Below, one piece after another: positions 24,581 to 38,237 of a stretch of 64,000 bases of DNA (position 1 is its first letter; every line of letters starts with the position of its first letter). A program made the translations under genes and the position numbers. A model generated the notes under the pieces. It saw nothing but the letters and a program-made list of their open reading frames with translations, was not told where the DNA came from and did not search any database. This DNA comes from Hydrolagus affinis (taxonomy: Eukaryota). The stretch is from NCBI GenBank assembly GCA_012026655.1, contig JAAILG010000167.1:1-64000 (forward strand), written 5' to 3'.

Positions 24581-27500
24581 CCCCACACACACACACAATT
24601 TCTATCCAGCATAATGAATACCTGAAAGTGTTGCAGCCTGGAACCTAATGGCAAATGAGCATGTTCAGTGTTTGTAATTATGCTCTTGAGGTCCTTTGAT
24701 GTTTTTGCTGGTGGATGAGCCAATTTCCTTCTTATCACCTTATCAAAGTAGACACTCATCATGTCTGAGTTTATGCATAGTGAATGCCTATAGACTTATT
24801 TAATTTGGGGTGATGAGGGTGGACATTATAGCTGAGCTTGATTCCATCCTTACTCAATCTCCAATTTATGTGGTCAGAAAAGAGCAGTTTCCTATTCACT
24901 GGCAACTCAAACACTGGAGTATCCTGACCTTGACCACCCTTTCTTGTTGCAATCATAAATTGCCATCTGATTAATTACCATACTCCCTGGTGGTCTATCC
25001 TGAACTTGCCTCCTGCAACACTAAACCTAGGTCTTCTGGTTCAACTGTTTTGGTGCATCTGAAAGATGATCCAGGTTCTGATAAAAGGTTAAAACGTGCT
25101 TGGGCTACATTAGGTATCCCAAACTGCTTTCAATTTGATATTCGTGCTGAGTGTGGCTGGTAGTGGGTGAAAGGTCGGCTGCTTTTCCAATCGAAGCAAA
25201 CAGTTATCTGCAATCAATGTCAGTGTCTTGCGTTTGTATCAGACTAACTTTGGTAGTGATACAAGGATGGGATGGTACGTTCCACAAAGAAGACACAGTA
25301 GAGATAGGCTCAAATACTGTAATTGCATTTCATTGTTTCCCTTGTTGGTGCAAAATTGATGCAGCAGAGAACATTATCTTAGATCACAGCTTCACCCAGA
25401 CAATGACTGTTTTGTCTACATTTAATTTTATTATTGAATGGTTTGAGAATAAGATACTACCTCTATCGCCTCATTCCAATAAAAGTTTATCAGCTGAAAA
25501 CAACAACAACAAAATTACGCTTGTATAGCGCCTTTCACATCAGGAGGACGTCCCAAGGCGCAGGAGTCACTGCTTCAAACCTCTCTCTCTACTTTATATG
25601 TTACTTTTTCTAGCTGCCAAAGGTCTTTAACACAAACAGGATATATGGTCCACAAATGTAGAGCATCCTGCCAATTGTAATACAGCGACATTTCTATACA
25701 TTCATATTTACTGAGCTGGAAGTCATTGACTTATTTTTGCATATACAGTACATTCTTCTAGTGGTGGTAGGGGGGTGGGGGGGGAATCAGGTAGGGTTGA
25801 CTGATTTGTAATATGCTCTAAATTCAACGAACTAGATGAACTGCTGAGGAGATATTATCAATCTTGCTGCCCCGACTTTATTTTTCTATTTCACTGATAC
25901 TTTCTCCTTTTTTAAGAAAAAAACTTTTCTTTCCAAATTCTGTTGGGAAATGGATCAGTGTGGCGTTTATTCCAAAATCAACAGCAAATTGAGCTTGAAT
26001 CATTAGAAATGTAACATGGGTTCTTACCGAAGACAAACATCAGTTGCTCATATTTGGATTGATTAATGGAAATTTCATAATTTTCAGATTTCAGTTAAAT
26101 CTGACGCAGATTTCCCATTAATCATGGAAGGACATTATTTCCAGAAGCTATTTCCTACATTCTGCAGGCACCTGTACCTCTGTAGGTAACTTTTATGAGC
26201 TTTGGTTTCCTTTCCTTATAGTAGATGATCTGATATGGTATAATCTGCATGTCCACTCAACAGCAATGTAATTGAGATCCTGAAAATGCTAATCCTAACA
26301 TTAAAAGAATGCAGATTTTTTTCAGAAGTTAAAATCACCAGATCATTATTATTTCTCATGGTGCCCTGAAAGATCTCAGCTTCCAGGTAAAATGGAGCGG
26401 TGATTGGCTGGTCTGAGCGGTTATACACTCGAAGAATAATAATAATCCTTGCATTTGATATAACTCCTTCGAGACATCTCAAACATCTTTGAGGAATATA
26501 CTGTAAAGTGAATTGACTACATTTTGCGGTGGAAACACCCATAAATATACGGATGTTGGAATCTCGAGCGGCAAGTATCAGGTGCCAATCACCTAGGACC
26601 TTAGGAATCATTCACAAGGGCAGCCGGGCAATTTCCAATTGAAGCCGGCTCGCCCATGGTGCCCTGCATTCCACTTCCACAGTTTTTCATTATGCCTATG
26701 CTTAGTGGAAACTTATTTCACCTGCAGGTCAGAAATTTTATGCCATTGTGTTCATTGTGAGATAAAAGTACCTCTTTTATATATTTATTATTCACTATTT
26801 GTATGCAATTTAATTGATGCTACATGCGTACACATTGTGACTGAATTAAACAGTTATAATACAGTACAGGAACTGTACTGTATGTAAGTGCCAATTGTTT
26901 TGAAGTACAGTGTACTTTATGTGATGACCTGATATGTACACTGGTCCCAATGAGAGTACATTTGTTTCTCTCTCTCAAATGTACTTCAATCAAATAGTTC
27001 CCATAATGTGTAAAGTCAGCAGCACCATTTGATGGCTCTGCTGTATTTTTTTCTGTTTGAATTAACATTGCCTGAAAATGTTTTTGGTTAAATAACAGAA
27101 TCATTGAATTATACAGCATCGTACAATGGAATGATACCATTCAGCCCATTGAGCCATGAAGAAATATCATTAACATCTTTTTGTTTTTTTTCTCCTGCTG
27201 CATTTAAACGTTCCCTTGAGAATCATGATCTTGAAATCACGACAGGAGAGCATCAATTAAACGTTGTGACCTGGGAGAGTAAAAGGAAGGGTTGGAAAGA
27301 ACTTGTACTCCAAGAGAGCTGTCAGTGTATGGAATGATTTGCTAGGATGGCTGCTAGGACCGTCGATTGGGGTATTTAACAAAAATTGTACAAGCACCCG
27401 CAGGGGAAATGTATTAGAGGAAATGGGGAAAAAAGCAGGGATTCAGATTTCAATGTATTGCTCCCTGGAAGGGTAACACCTACATAAAAAAAATCAACTA

Positions 27501-27699
27501 ATGGCTTCCTACTGTGCTGCTCCATGTCTCCCGCCCACCGACCCTACAATCGGAGGCCGGGCTTGCAGCCTCTCTGTCCCCACCCTTTGGAACTCCAATC
27601 AGGAGGGGCTTGGTCTGACATTCAGCTGTAGAAAGTTGGCTTTCATCCTGGACTTCATGTTAGGATGTCAGTTGTCCTGGAACAGAGGGTGGGGGGCAG

Positions 27700-27975
27700 T
27701 GAGATAGTTGTATGTTTTCTGCATAGATTTGGAAGTTGATCCTATATCTGCGAATGATGTCACCAAGGGTACAAGTTGAAGAGGGGATGCCTGAAGACAG
27801 AGGCTTGAGGAAGACTGTGTGGGGGCTGGAAGAAAAACCATTGGTGGAGACAAATTGGAGACCGTGTGAAAGATAAGACCTGAAGCAGGACAACCTGCAG
27901 CACCTCTCAAGGGCAGCAGAGAGGTCAAGGAGGATGAGGAGGCAGAGGGAGTCCTGGTCACATATGGACAATACT
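27700..27975 (-). mobile_element. L2-clade LINE reverse transcriptase fragment
   Basis: ORFs 27660..27971 and 27668..28057 give LLILLDLSAA, FRSYLS...QFVS and LGDIIRRYRINFQIYA, the decayed LLDLSAAFD/YADD regions of an L2 RT. Confidence 0.8.
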
Positions 27976-30900
27976 TGTGACTGTTCAACAAATTAAAGAG
28001 GTTAATGATAGAGATAGCAATGCATAGGAAATATTCAGCCCTTTTGTTTTCTATCAAACAGAGATCTTAAGCGTATAGTGCAGAATGACCCAGACAACAA
28101 ACCAGATGGTTGGAGGTTAAGGCTTCAGTACATAAATAGAATATTTGTTGAGGATGATGGATTTTGATAGTTTGTTAACAGAAGGAAGGATACTGGTTGC
28201 CTTAAAGTTGTCAGGATCAGATTACAGATTTTCTTAAAATGCTGATGACATTTGCTGATACCAGTTGAAGAAAGAAAACTTGTCAATTCAAGCCAAAAGC
28301 AGGAACATCAGAGGCTGCATTTCATCAGATCAATGGTACTGAGCATCCTTAAAGCATTCTAATGATGCTCACGAAACTGAGATATGAAAATGCTCTGGAG
28401 GACCCTGGGATGATGTCTTCACTGAAGTCATATTTCTACAATGGAGCAGATGAGAGTGAATGCCAACTCTGCCTGACCTTGTGTCATAACATTTTCTCGC
28501 AAATAGAAATCTTAAGTGAGTCCTGTAGCATTTCGCCCACAAATATACAGTCAATTCATTTTAAAGTATTTTCTGTGAAGCGCTTTGAGACATTTAGAAG
28601 ATGTGAAAAGCACTATATCAAATGCGAAGATTATTATTATAACATTTGGATTGGGGAGCAGTTTCAGAGATCAGAAATGAAAGTTGTGTTTTTTGAAATT
28701 CGTGGGACTTTTGCACAAACAGGTCATGTCTGCAGTTGAGCTTGAAGGATCACAACACCACCACCACCACCAACAACAGATTGCATTTATTTTTCCATTC
28801 AAGATAATAATGATAATAATAATAGGGTCGGAATCCAGAAGCATGAGAGGATGGGTCACTGAGAAGGATGGGAAAGGTCAGGACCCAGGACTTATTTAAG
28901 AAACAATTTAATCCTGCAATGGCGAGCAAGTAAGAGAGTGGTATTAGTTTAGGTGACTTATTTGGAGGAAAACATCAATGGAATCTTGAAGATCTGAATG
29001 GGCTACTTGTGCAATGTTCTACGATTCTAGAATCCATCCACAGGAATAAGTTACTGGATATTTCCCCACAGCAAGAGTTAAAAAAACACTGCAAGACTGA
29101 TGGTGCTATTAAAGCTTGGACCAGATCGTTATAATGCAACCCTTTGGGATGTCCTCCTGACGTGAAAGGTGCTATGCAAATGTAATTTTGTTGGTGTTGC
29201 TGTTTTTGTTGCTCTATACATAGTGGATCACTTGTTGCATGATGATTTTCTCTCATAAGAAGGGGGAGCCCTGAATCCCGGGATCATCTAACAAATGGGC
29301 AACCTCTGACTGAAATCTATTATAAAGTAATAGATGAAGGGGATGTGAGCAGCAAATAGCTACCAGGCAGCCTCAAAGGCGGGTTCCAATGTACCTATTT
29401 TAATTTCAAATCTTTATTTAAAAAAATAAGACACTAAACTACATTCAGATGTTTTTTTTCTACTACGAGGCCTCTGATGTTAGTACAAAGTCTCAACTTG
29501 AAAAAGGAGTTGAAAGTTTTATGTTTTTTGTGTGAGTGTGTATACACAATTGTAATGAAACCAATGTTATTTCTTTGGTGGTTGGAATATAAGACAAGTG
29601 GTCTTTTGCCACAGAGATGGTTTGTGACTTAAACATTGCAATTACCTGTAAAGTATATCCCATGGTCTGACCGATGGGATAAAAGTGATTGCGGTCTGCA
29701 TTCACGTGCGTGCGCTGGATCAAGGCTTTGCTTCTGCAGTCAACTAATTGGAAGTTATATAATACCAAGTGCGTTGTTTTTACAGTAGCAGCTTGAAGGG
29801 TATTTCTACCCCTGGCAAAATTCTATGCCACAAAAATAATTAAGAGGTCAAATGGACATGAAAGCGCTTGGATGTCGTGATCTCAGAATGTGCCTTCACA
29901 AGAGATCACTGTAGAAAAGTAAAGGAGAAAAACGCACAAATACTTATAAATAGAATATTCGAGTCAGATGGTTGAATGTGGTCAGTTCCTCGGCCAACAT
30001 AATGTGCTTCAAGCTGCTGAGATTTGCTGGTGGCACGTATTGTTCTGTTTTATTTTTATTTGGGTGATTTTCTCATGAGGTCAGGAATGCCAATCCAAAG
30101 GAATGGGACCTTTTCCTACTTCTGTGCCTTAATCTTGGCACCAGGCAAACATCTGATTAATTGAAGGGCATAGATTCCAGTCTCCAAATGGCCTTCATCC
30201 CTAATCTGGGAAGATTGCATCAGTATTGACCTTCTATGGACCCATTACCTATTTGGAGCTGGGTTGAGATTGTCCAAAATTTGATTTGATTTGATTTGAA
30301 TCAAGTTCCGAAAGGTGAATGGCCAATACTAACCTGCTGCGTTGTCACTCCTATTTGCTAAATCAATATATTGTTAGTCTATTGTTAGTCAATTGGCAGA
30401 TCGCTTTCGGACGGGTCATAATCTTTCCAAAAAAATATTGATCACTCAATCCATAACTGTTTGTTGGATAATGCTGTGCATAATAGGCTGGCATGTTTCA
30501 CCCACAAAAAATACAGTCACTGAACTTTATAGTATATCCTTTGAAGCATTTGGAGACGTCTCGATAATGCGATGAGGTGCTATATCAAATGTAAAGATTA
30601 TCATTATGTTTTAAAGTGTGTTTAAGGACAGCAGGAAGTTCGGACCATCCTGCCCTTTGGCGTTCAAGGTTAATAGATGCAGAGTCAGAGTAATCCAAGC
30701 CCCACAGTGCCAGCCAGCTCTGCTTCTCCAAGTCTCACCCATGACTGTTTTAGTCTGGCATTAACAGTGCCCAGGAGTACTGCAGATCTGCCCGACTCAG
30801 GTAAACCTGTTGATCGAGACCATCAGAGATCACCTTGGATCACCCGTCAGCCAATTTGGGCCAGAGTCTCCAGTGATGAATTTTGGATTAAAAATGGGAG

Positions 30901-31194
30901 TGGGTAAACCTGGGCTAATGGAAAAGTGTGGATATATTTGCCCCAAATTGTGGGGAGATTAGGAGATTTTGTGGAGAATTGCTGGCGAATTTTGCAGAAA
31001 ACGACAGGGAGTTGATTGGTGCTATTCAGGTAACTTCTAACCTACATTTTTTCCACTTTATTGATTAAAAACTAAACATGAGGAAATAACACATGTTTAG
31101 ATTGTTGAAAAAAAAGCTTCTTTAACAAAAACTGGGGGAGTGGAGGGGAGGCTCACACACCAGAGAGGCTACAGCTCTCAGGGCCAATCACCCC

Positions 31195-31520
31195 ACACAG
31201 ACCCAGCAGTGAAAGACACACACACAGAGACAGAGACATACATAGACAGAGACAGACAGACAGAGAGAGAGATGGACACAGAGACAGACCCACAAACACA
31301 CAGAGAGGGAGACACAAACATCCACACAACAGACACTCACAAACAGAGAAAGTGACACACAAACAGATAGACACACACAAAGACAAACATACACAGAGTA
31401 TACACACACACATACAGAGATAGACATACACAGAGTACTGTACACAGAGACAGACACAGACACACACACAGACAGATTCACACACACACACAGGGACAGA
31501 TACACATAGAGACAGACACA
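31195..31520. repeat. Compound (CA)/(GA) microsatellite
   Basis: About 320 bp of acacacagagacag-type low-complexity sequence. It produces the CVCV and THTE ORFs in the track. Confidence 0.9.
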
Positions 31521-31529
31521 TACCCCCCC

Positions 31530-31608
31530 ACCGCAGTGAAGCCGATTTGCACATGCGCTTCTGGAGCGCCTCGCCTGCGGTGACGTCAGATAAACAGCCG
31601 TGCGGCCC
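31530..31608 (+). promoter_or_regulatory. Small CpG-rich promoter with a full CRE (TGACGTCA, 31581-31588) and an NRF1-like site (TGCACATGCGC, 31548-31558)
   Basis: Sharp local CpG enrichment in an otherwise CpG-depleted window, two typical housekeeping promoter motifs, and a strong splice donor just downstream. Confidence 0.7.
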
Positions 31609-31668
31609 ATGGGCCGGAGACCGAGAACGGGTTTGCGGCAGATTCCGCGGGAAAGCTGCGGCCGCTGG
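31590..31668 (+). other. Probable first exon of an unidentified downstream gene (5' UTR, or 20 codons from ATG 31609)
   Basis: GC-rich segment ending in TGG|GTGAGT (GT at 31669-31670). The start position is approximate. Confidence 0.6.
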
Positions 31669-32029
31669 GTGAGTATTTTTATATAGGCTCAGGTGATGGC
31701 ATTAATCACCAGACTCTTCTGTGGCAGTGTGAGGGTTAATGGGGGTGGGGGTGGGTGGGAGCATTGGGTTTGGAAACTGACTTTACAGCTGGGTTTCAAT
31801 CCTGAACAGCTGAGCAAAACATCTGTGTTTGATGACTGGCTGTAAGGTGCTGTATAAAATGATCAAGCTCAAATCTGTTCGTAATAGACTCACAGAGCAA
31901 AACTGCCAATGCAACAGTAACATGACAATTTCACTCACAGGTCCATGTGGGACGCCTGATGCGGGGAAATTTAAAATGCCAGCGAAGGGGTAATTTTTCT
32001 GACATTAAGGCAAATGCACGAGATGGGAT

Positions 32030-32313
32030 AATAGTAATAACCATTGCATTTAATATAGCGCTTTTCATGTCTTCCAGACGTCTCAAAGCGCTTCTCAGAA
32101 TAAACTGTAAAGTGAATTGAGCTTAAATGTGAGGGGAAAACTCGGCAGCCAATTGCACACAGCAGTGCCCCACAAACAGTCGTGGATTGAAATGACCAAT
32201 ATTTTATGGGTTTTATTTCGAGGGAGGTGTGTTCAAGGTTTCGCCCTGCCTGGAATCGAACCCAGGTCTCTCGCTTGAAAGGCGAGTGCTCTAACCACCG
32301 AGCTACAAGACTC
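32030..32313 (-). mobile_element. Full-length tRNA-derived SINE with (ATT)n tail
   Basis: Minus-strand head TAGCTCGGTGG (A box)...GGTTCGATTCC (B box), then a body and tail aagcgctatattaaatgcaatggttatt. The body and tail recur at about 4250-4382, 8527-8655, 13595-13700, 20770-20828, 26435-26540, 28500-28640, 30430-30605 and 43852-43955. Confidence 0.85.
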
Positions 32314-33113
32314 GTAGCCTTAATCTGCCTCTAATCTGAGCGAGTCTAACTGTCTTGTGTCCTAGAGTCTGGATAGGACGGAAATTTGTATACATCATTA
32401 CTGTTGGGAGATAGGAGAACTCTAATATCATTAATTGTCAGGCAGAGTGAGATGGGAAATAACGGAAACAAAATCAATACAGGTACGATGTGAGAACTTT
32501 TCAGTGAGAACTTGAAATGTGCATCGCATATTGATTACAGAGCTTCTCGTTGTGCTTGGGTAGTGTACAAATCTAAGCACCTGCTCAGTCATATTTATAA
32601 TAATAATGATAATATTTGTTGAAATATAGGAATGATTCATTGCCTAGGTCTGTGCGATTTGGATCAACCTCCTTTATCATGCGACAGAACAAAGCGTTTC
32701 CTTGCCCAGGTGCTGCTCGGAATATGTGCAGAATGCTACTAGCTACTGTGGTGGGGCACCCGCACTGACAGGTCATGGCCCCCCACCCCCCGCCAGACAC
32801 ACACCAGCCAGAACCTGCTTCTAAGTTGTCTGTCACAGCAATGGAGCCGGGAAGTGGAGCTGACCATTCAGAAGTTGTTGCCTGTACTGTATGTCAAACT
32901 CAATGACCCACACTTCCAACAGTTACTTCTAGTGAGTCAATCTCCACTTTGATAGGCTACGCATTCAACTCCTTCCCGAACACAGTGCAGCCACCAGTCC
33001 TTAAAGCAACAGCTTTATTTAATTCATTTAATTGAGGGGGCCTCAGAATTTGGTTGAAACTAAGACATGAATTGGCATGTTATCCAAGTGCTAAGCATCG
33101 TAATATGTACTAT

Positions 33114-33313
33114 AACAAAACACGCAATACTACGGATGCTGGGAATCTGAAACAAAAACAGAAGTTGCTGGGAAAACTCAGCAGGTCAGGCAGCATCCAT
33201 GGAGAAAGGAAAAAGAGTCAAGAGTCAAAGGGTCTACAACCTTGTAGACCCGACTCTTTTTCCTTTCTCCATGGATGCTGCCTGACCTGCTGAGTTTCTT
33301 CAGCAACTTCTGA
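33114..33313. mobile_element. Penelope-like palindromic element with target-site duplication
   Basis: Near-perfect hairpin 33159-33312, flanked by TAATATGTAC(T/C)AT at 33101-33113 and 33314-33326. Confidence 0.7.
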
Positions 33314-36300
33314 TAATATGTACCATGTTTGGTGTCAATTTCCAATCCAAACAAAACTTTATTGACTAGACAGAAGAGTACAACTACAGGCCAATCATCT
33401 TCGTATCTGCGGTAGGGAAGATAATGAAGACTATAATGAACGATAAAATAACATAAAATTTTGAGAAGAAGCTTGTTTGTAGCTGCCTTGAAAGGATGAT
33501 TTCTCTGTTCGTGAGTACCTTGTAAGAATGGCAGTATTCAAATCACTTATCCAATATTACCACATTTACCGTTTTTAAAAAAAAAGATTAACACAGAAAC
33601 CTTGACATGTGTATTGTTGTTCACAAGGGAAAGAAAGGTTTGAACAATGAGGTGTTAAATCGACTATTCTACATACTGGAACTAAAATGGCTTTCTGCAA
33701 TATGCCACTGGGGTACAGACAAAGGAACAAAATTCACAAAATGTTCCAGTCTGTCATTGGCTGTCCTCTGGTGGAGCCAAGACAAGCTAGTTGATTCCAT
33801 GGTTTTGTTGCTTTATTCCAAGTATAATGCACAGAGCAATTTAGTGCTATTAGGTAAAATACCCTTAACACGTCATTTTATAATGTTTTTCGCCCCCGTG
33901 TTAACAGGGGGCTGCTGATGCTCCATTTAGTTTACATGTTGAACTCATTCTCAAGCACCCCCCTTGGACCACATTGTGATGTAATTGAGAATTTGCTAAG
34001 TTCTGTGCTCAGTGCATGGCAAGGTAGAGAGTTGTTTTTATAATTAATTTTCCCATCTTGGCACTATCCGATAGTGTAGGTTCAAGCACTTCATTATTTT
34101 ATTAACTCTAATTTCAGAATTGACAATGGCAAGAAAATAAGATTTTTTTGATTGATATTTTCATCTTCTTATTAATAACTGTATTGTTTGAGATCATTTA
34201 ATTAATTTATTCACTTTTGAAATAAATAAGTTTGAAACATGGAATGAAATATCAACATTGAATGCTGAAACGTGTCCTTTGTTTGTACCCTTCTGTAGTA
34301 CTTTGACATAAGTTGAATCAAGTACATTATTATCATAATATTTTCTGGGTGAAGGGGTAGTTGGGATATAGAATGCCTTTCTGGGAATGGTGGTTGAGCC
34401 TAATTAATACTGGTCTTTAAGAGGTAACTAGATATGCATCTTAAAAAGAGATACAGGGAGATAGGGAAAATGGCAGGTCAGTTGGCCGGAAAGGATTGCT
34501 CTTTAGGGAACTGGCATAGACATGATGGGCCAAATGGCCTTTTGAGTCGTACATTTTCATGGTTCTAGCAAGTAACTCTGTAGTCATAAACCATTGAGGG
34601 TAAATGCTGGTCGATAGCAATCACTTGCAAGTGTATAAAGCATTAATGTTAAAACAAAATAAATTATACATTGGTAAATAATTTATATTGTTTTTTTCCA
34701 GTTTGTATAAATTTTGAACATTGTCCAGGCATAGAGTAGACAGCATTGGTTAAGATAGATTAATGTTAATTAACAGCACTATACACACGCACAAACAGTA
34801 AAAGGAACACTGCACACAAGAGATAAATTCCATTTACAGAAAGCAAGTGGCTCTTCCATGTGTTTTATGAGATACTGAGTCTAACATAGATACATAAAAA
34901 AATCCTAAAGATTTAATTAGGGAGTGGGACTCTTAAATACCAGTTCCTCTAGAACCATTCGGCGAGGGATGGGAAATCAACCTGGGCTACTGATCTCCAA
35001 ACTGACACTCAGCTGAATGGCAGGTGAGGATAGATTGACTTAACTTTTATTTTGCATATCTGTCCCATCCTATGTGGTGGTCAAGGTAGCCTGCCAACAA
35101 TCATTGAAGAATGGCTGTTGGAAGAAAGTTTGTGTGTGGAGACTCATTATCCCATTGTGAATTACAAGAGAAATCCACCGAAAATCAGCATTTGATCTCA
35201 AGCTCATGTATTTATGTCAAATGTATTGGTAAAACAATGTCGATCTCCAAACAATATAATTCTATAATTTTCTGTTTGCATTTTCTTTGGCGCATGTACT
35301 TGGGGGAGGGGATAAGCAAGATGTTTTAGGAAGAGGCTTATTATCAAGCAAGGAATCTCGTCCAGTGGAAGAAACCTTCGGGGAATTTAGTTTAGCTGGT
35401 TTGTAAACTGTAATGAAATGTAAGCCTTCAACAACAGAGGTTGAAACGGAGCCATGTTTGACAGTTTTAGAAAAACAAGTTGATGATGTGTGGTTTTCTC
35501 TGACTGTTTATAGTCCCTGTAAGTGCAGTATTGATGAATTACTCTTTTAGTATCGCACAAAGTCCAAAGTTTTATTCCTACTGACCAAATTTAGCTGTAC
35601 ATCTTAAGAGAACACATTTTTGCTGTGACGTCTACTTACATGAAAAGGTTTTCGCTTTTAGTTGATTATGCTAGTTTACTCTTCACTATCAATCTGCTAC
35701 TGTCCATTGCCCAGCATTATTACTGGGTATGAATATCGTTTAATACCGAGTTCAGTGAATACCCGTTGATTATTTGAAAGTTGTTATCTTATGAAAATAC
35801 TTACCTGGTGAACTCCATTGTTAAACTAATGCCATGAAGGAGTATTATCCTCATTCGATAATCCTTTACACAGTTTATTAACAAGATTTATTAATAAAGT
35901 TGTGTGATAGTTTCTAATTAAGAAATGTAGATAGAGATCCAGGACTCACAGACTAGGGCAGGGTTGAAAAACTGTGGAATGAGATTAATCAGATTTTGGT
36001 TAGATGATGTCAAGTATCAATGCACTTGGTATCTTTCCTGGAAAGGATCTGAATGAAGTACCAAATAGGAAATTTGCAAATGGGAAATTTGCCTTTTGGA
36101 AGCTACTGAGGTAGGTTCTGGTACAGTTGGTGTGGTGGTGGCCATCTTCAGATCTGTAAGATAAAGGGAGGAAAATGCAGCTGGTGTCTTATGCGCATGT
36201 GTGTGCCTACACATGTAGAAATTGTTTACTAGGAAGTGCGTTTGGTATGGGATTACCTGTTATATTATATTTGTTGCCTTTTCCACACTGAATACTTTTC

Positions 36301-37084
36301 TCTCTCTTACTCTGTCATCACAAAGATACAAATGGGCTCAGGTTTGATGCCCCTAAAGTCAAATTGCTCAATAACACTTGCTGTCTAGGCTGATGCAAGA
36401 AAAATGACTACGTGGGTGAGATACTGGAGGCTTGCCATCGACAATGGAAGCTTGTGTGAGTCACCACCATCAGGAGAGGATGATCAATGGAAAAAAAATC
36501 TGAGGTAAAGTTGGAGGAGAAAAATGCACATTTCAGCATGTCATTGGACATAGGATCTGAAGGAATATGAGATTTATGAAGTTGAATTTGACGATTTTAT
36601 AAAATTTGACAGAGGAGCTTTAACATTTCTATTTCATCTTTTACATTGGATTATAACACAATTCATTGCCTTTGACATGCTCTGGCTCTAATCTACTTTG
36701 TACCAAAATCATATGCCTTTCACGTTAACTCAAAATATTGCTAGCCTGCAGGGCCAACAACAACAACAACAAAATTGCACTTAAATAGTGCCTTTCACGC
36801 CGGGAGGATGTTCCAAAGCGCTGAGGTGGCCAATGGGTGAATATCATGGCTTTGGCAGCTTTGAGAAAAGCTATGTGTGACTTTGTCCAAGTCATAATTA
36901 GTTCTTCTGCCATAAAGTGTGAATAGCATTGGTAACTGAAGCAATATCAGTTTATTTAGATTTGGCAGGAAATGGCATTACTGTACATAGTTGGCCTTAA
37001 GCAAGTAATGGGTACAGTAATGGGTAGAGAGACAGCTGGAAAATTAGCGACCTTAAATTGTGAAGAGATGGTACTGAAATACTG

Positions 37085-37350
37085 AGAAATAAAAGATCTT
37101 ATAAATTCAACCGTTATAATCTTAACATGATCAAAAAAATCCCAGGGAAATGGACACAAACTCAGAAGAGGGAAAGAGGGAATGGACATTTCAGATGCAA
37201 TTACTTTACACATAGAATGGTGGTGAATGTTTATGTTACACTAGTCAGGGAGTTGGTGGAAGCAAATTGTGTCAGTAAATTCAAAATGGAATTGTATAGC
37301 TATCTAGCAAATGCATCCATTGAGGGATTGATAGGTGAGGACATTGAAGC
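37085..37350 (+). mobile_element. CR1-type LINE ORF2 C-terminal fragment
   Basis: ORF 37127..37357 contains NYFTHRMVVNV..L..ELVEA...FK.EL, a decayed FFTQRVV..WN.LP..VVEA motif. Similar fragments at about 12.2, 34.4, 50.3 and 57.7 kb. Confidence 0.6.
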
Positions 37351-38237
37351 CTGTTGAGGACTGGGGTGATGAGTATGCAGAATTTGTTGCGGGTTTCTCA
37401 GGTGTGTTTCCCCAGAGTCCAGTGTAGCCCATAATGAAGTGCTAGGTCTAATGTAGAAATCTGATAGAACCTTTATTCAATCAGCTTCCATCTAAACAGT
37501 CGCAGTGAAGCAACGTAGCCATTCCCCCCGCCCCGATTCTTTTTCAGATTTATGTGAATCCATCTCAAATAATTACATTCAGGTCCACGGTGGGGTCATC
37601 TTAGTGGAGCAGCACGAGAGCAGAGGTCACTTCCTCCTTCATGAAGCTATTAAGAGAAGTAGCAGCTGTTGATTTGTTTCATTTCTCTAACTTGTTGCCG
37701 AACTGCAAATAGTACCTTTTTTTCCTTGCAACCGCCGGGAAACAGTGATTTGGGTCATTTATTCTGTTAAAGATGTTCTTGTCCAGATTGGTTACCTTTA
37801 TCAATCTTAGGGCATTAACTCTTTAGAACGCATTCCCACAAGAGTAGCAAGGGAGAAGGGGGGAGAGGGATAGCTGAAGTGCCAGCTTATTTCCTGCAAC
37901 ACAGTGCTATTTATTTCTGTGTTCAGAAGCTGTATTCTTTGGCTCTCTGAGAGTGTTGTCATAGCTGTGGTTGGCAATCGAGTATTAAAGCAACTACGCA
38001 TATTGCAGGAACTATGAGCCAGGTTGTGAAATGTTTCTAATTTCATCACAATTTTTCCACATCTATCCCAGCAGTACGGAAAAAGTTCCAATTTCCGCTC
38101 CCCCCTCCCCTGGTGGAATTTTCAGCGCTTTGTTTTTACTCTCATCTTGTCCCTGTACAATTATTGAAATCAAATGATTGCAGTGACATTTGTGGTTCAA
38201 ATAATCTTCACCTACATCACAACCAGAAAGACAGTGG

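Noticed and set aside
26859-26883. 11-bp perfect hairpin ATACAGTACAG-GAA-CTGTACTGTAT
   Set aside because: Too short and AT-rich to support a function, with no associated element seen.
28684-28899. ORF with poly-His/Gln and poly-Ile
   Set aside because: Trinucleotide (CAC/CAA/ATA) runs from retroposon tails.
31140-31610. ORFs of 71-140 aa rich in CV or TH/TE
   Set aside because: They are translations of the CA/GA microsatellite.
32242-32313. tRNA-Glu(TTC) gene
   Set aside because: Continuous with a SINE body and (ATT)n tail, irregular T-arm and acceptor stem, and a sister copy has a different anticodon.
37700-37760. Possible scaRNA/snoRNA suggested by synteny with the human MGAT5B-SEC14L1 interval
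   Set aside because: Only a vague resemblance from memory, with no convincing H/ACA two-hairpin structure. An Rfam search would be needed.
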